DNA of 64,000 nt from the NCBI GenBank assembly GCA_963514005.1, contig OY740797.1:43586001-43650000 (forward strand). The letters run 5' to 3'. The notes under the pieces are model-generated. The model searched no databases. It was not told the origin of the DNA and saw nothing but the letters and a program-made list of their open reading frames with translations. This document shows positions 63,670 to 64,000 of this stretch, in pieces. Numbering within the stretch: the first letter of the stretch is position 1; each line of letters begins with the position of its first letter. Position numbers and translations under genes: made by a program. Origin of the DNA: Raja brachyura. Taxonomy: Eukaryota.

Positions 63670-64000
63670 AGAACACAAAGTGCTGGAGTAACTCAGTGGA
63701 TAGACACAAAATGCTGGATTAACTCAGCAAGTCAGGCAGCATCTTTGGAGGAAAGGAATAGGTGACCTATCTGGGCTCCTGATGTGGGCGCCTATATATC
63801 GGCATGGCCAAACGTAGGCTTGGCGATTATTTCATTGATCACGCATGCACAGTCCGCTTTGGCTTATGTAATCACCCGGCTGCCAAACATTTCAATTCTG
63901 CTTCCCATTCCCATACTGACCTTTCCGTCCTGGGCCTCCCCCACTGCCAGAATGAACCCACAGACATATTGGAGGAACAGCACCTCATATTTCACTTGGG
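63670..64000 (+). mobile_element. Penelope-like element: inverted terminal repeat joined to a GIY-YIG endonuclease fragment (runs off the window)
   Basis: 63783-64000 reads CGRLYIGMAKRRLGDYFIDHACTVRFGLCNHPAAKHFNSASHSHTDLSVLGLPHCQNEPTDILEEQHLIFHLG (YIG...R...H..HF..H...LEEQHLIF). It is preceded by an opposite-orientation terminal repeat at 63670-63768. Confidence 0.9.

Overview
This is eukaryotic (vertebrate) genomic DNA. The repeat families (HE1/V-SINEs, CR1 and Rex1/Babar LINEs, a skate/ray-type Penelope family) point to a cartilaginous fish, probably a batoid. The only convincing host coding sequence is one 232-bp internal exon of ZFHX3/ATBF1 (+ strand, 61360-61591). The rest is therefore most likely ZFHX3 intron: over 61 kb upstream and about 2.4 kb downstream of that exon. 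The intron alternates transposon debris with repeat-poor, motif-dense blocks that are candidate conserved enhancers. Highlights: (1) two degenerate histone-H1-like reading frames lie head-to-head with ATGs 15 bp apart, forming a ~550-bp foldback (21700-22275); (2) about 20 Penelope terminal-repeat fragments are present, several with a minimal hammerhead-ribozyme core and many arranged as foldbacks, including a sense-strand copy ~240 nt upstream of the ZFHX3 acceptor; (3) a non-autonomous Helitron with two 5' ends and TATA/ETS/YY1-like motifs; (4) four PIF/Harbinger MITEs; (5) an internally deleted REL-type (Hero-like) retroelement; (6) a local ~245-bp direct duplication. No prokaryotic system, CRISPR array, rRNA or true tRNA gene was seen. 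Family names come from recalled consensus motifs, not database searches, and repeat boundaries are approximate.
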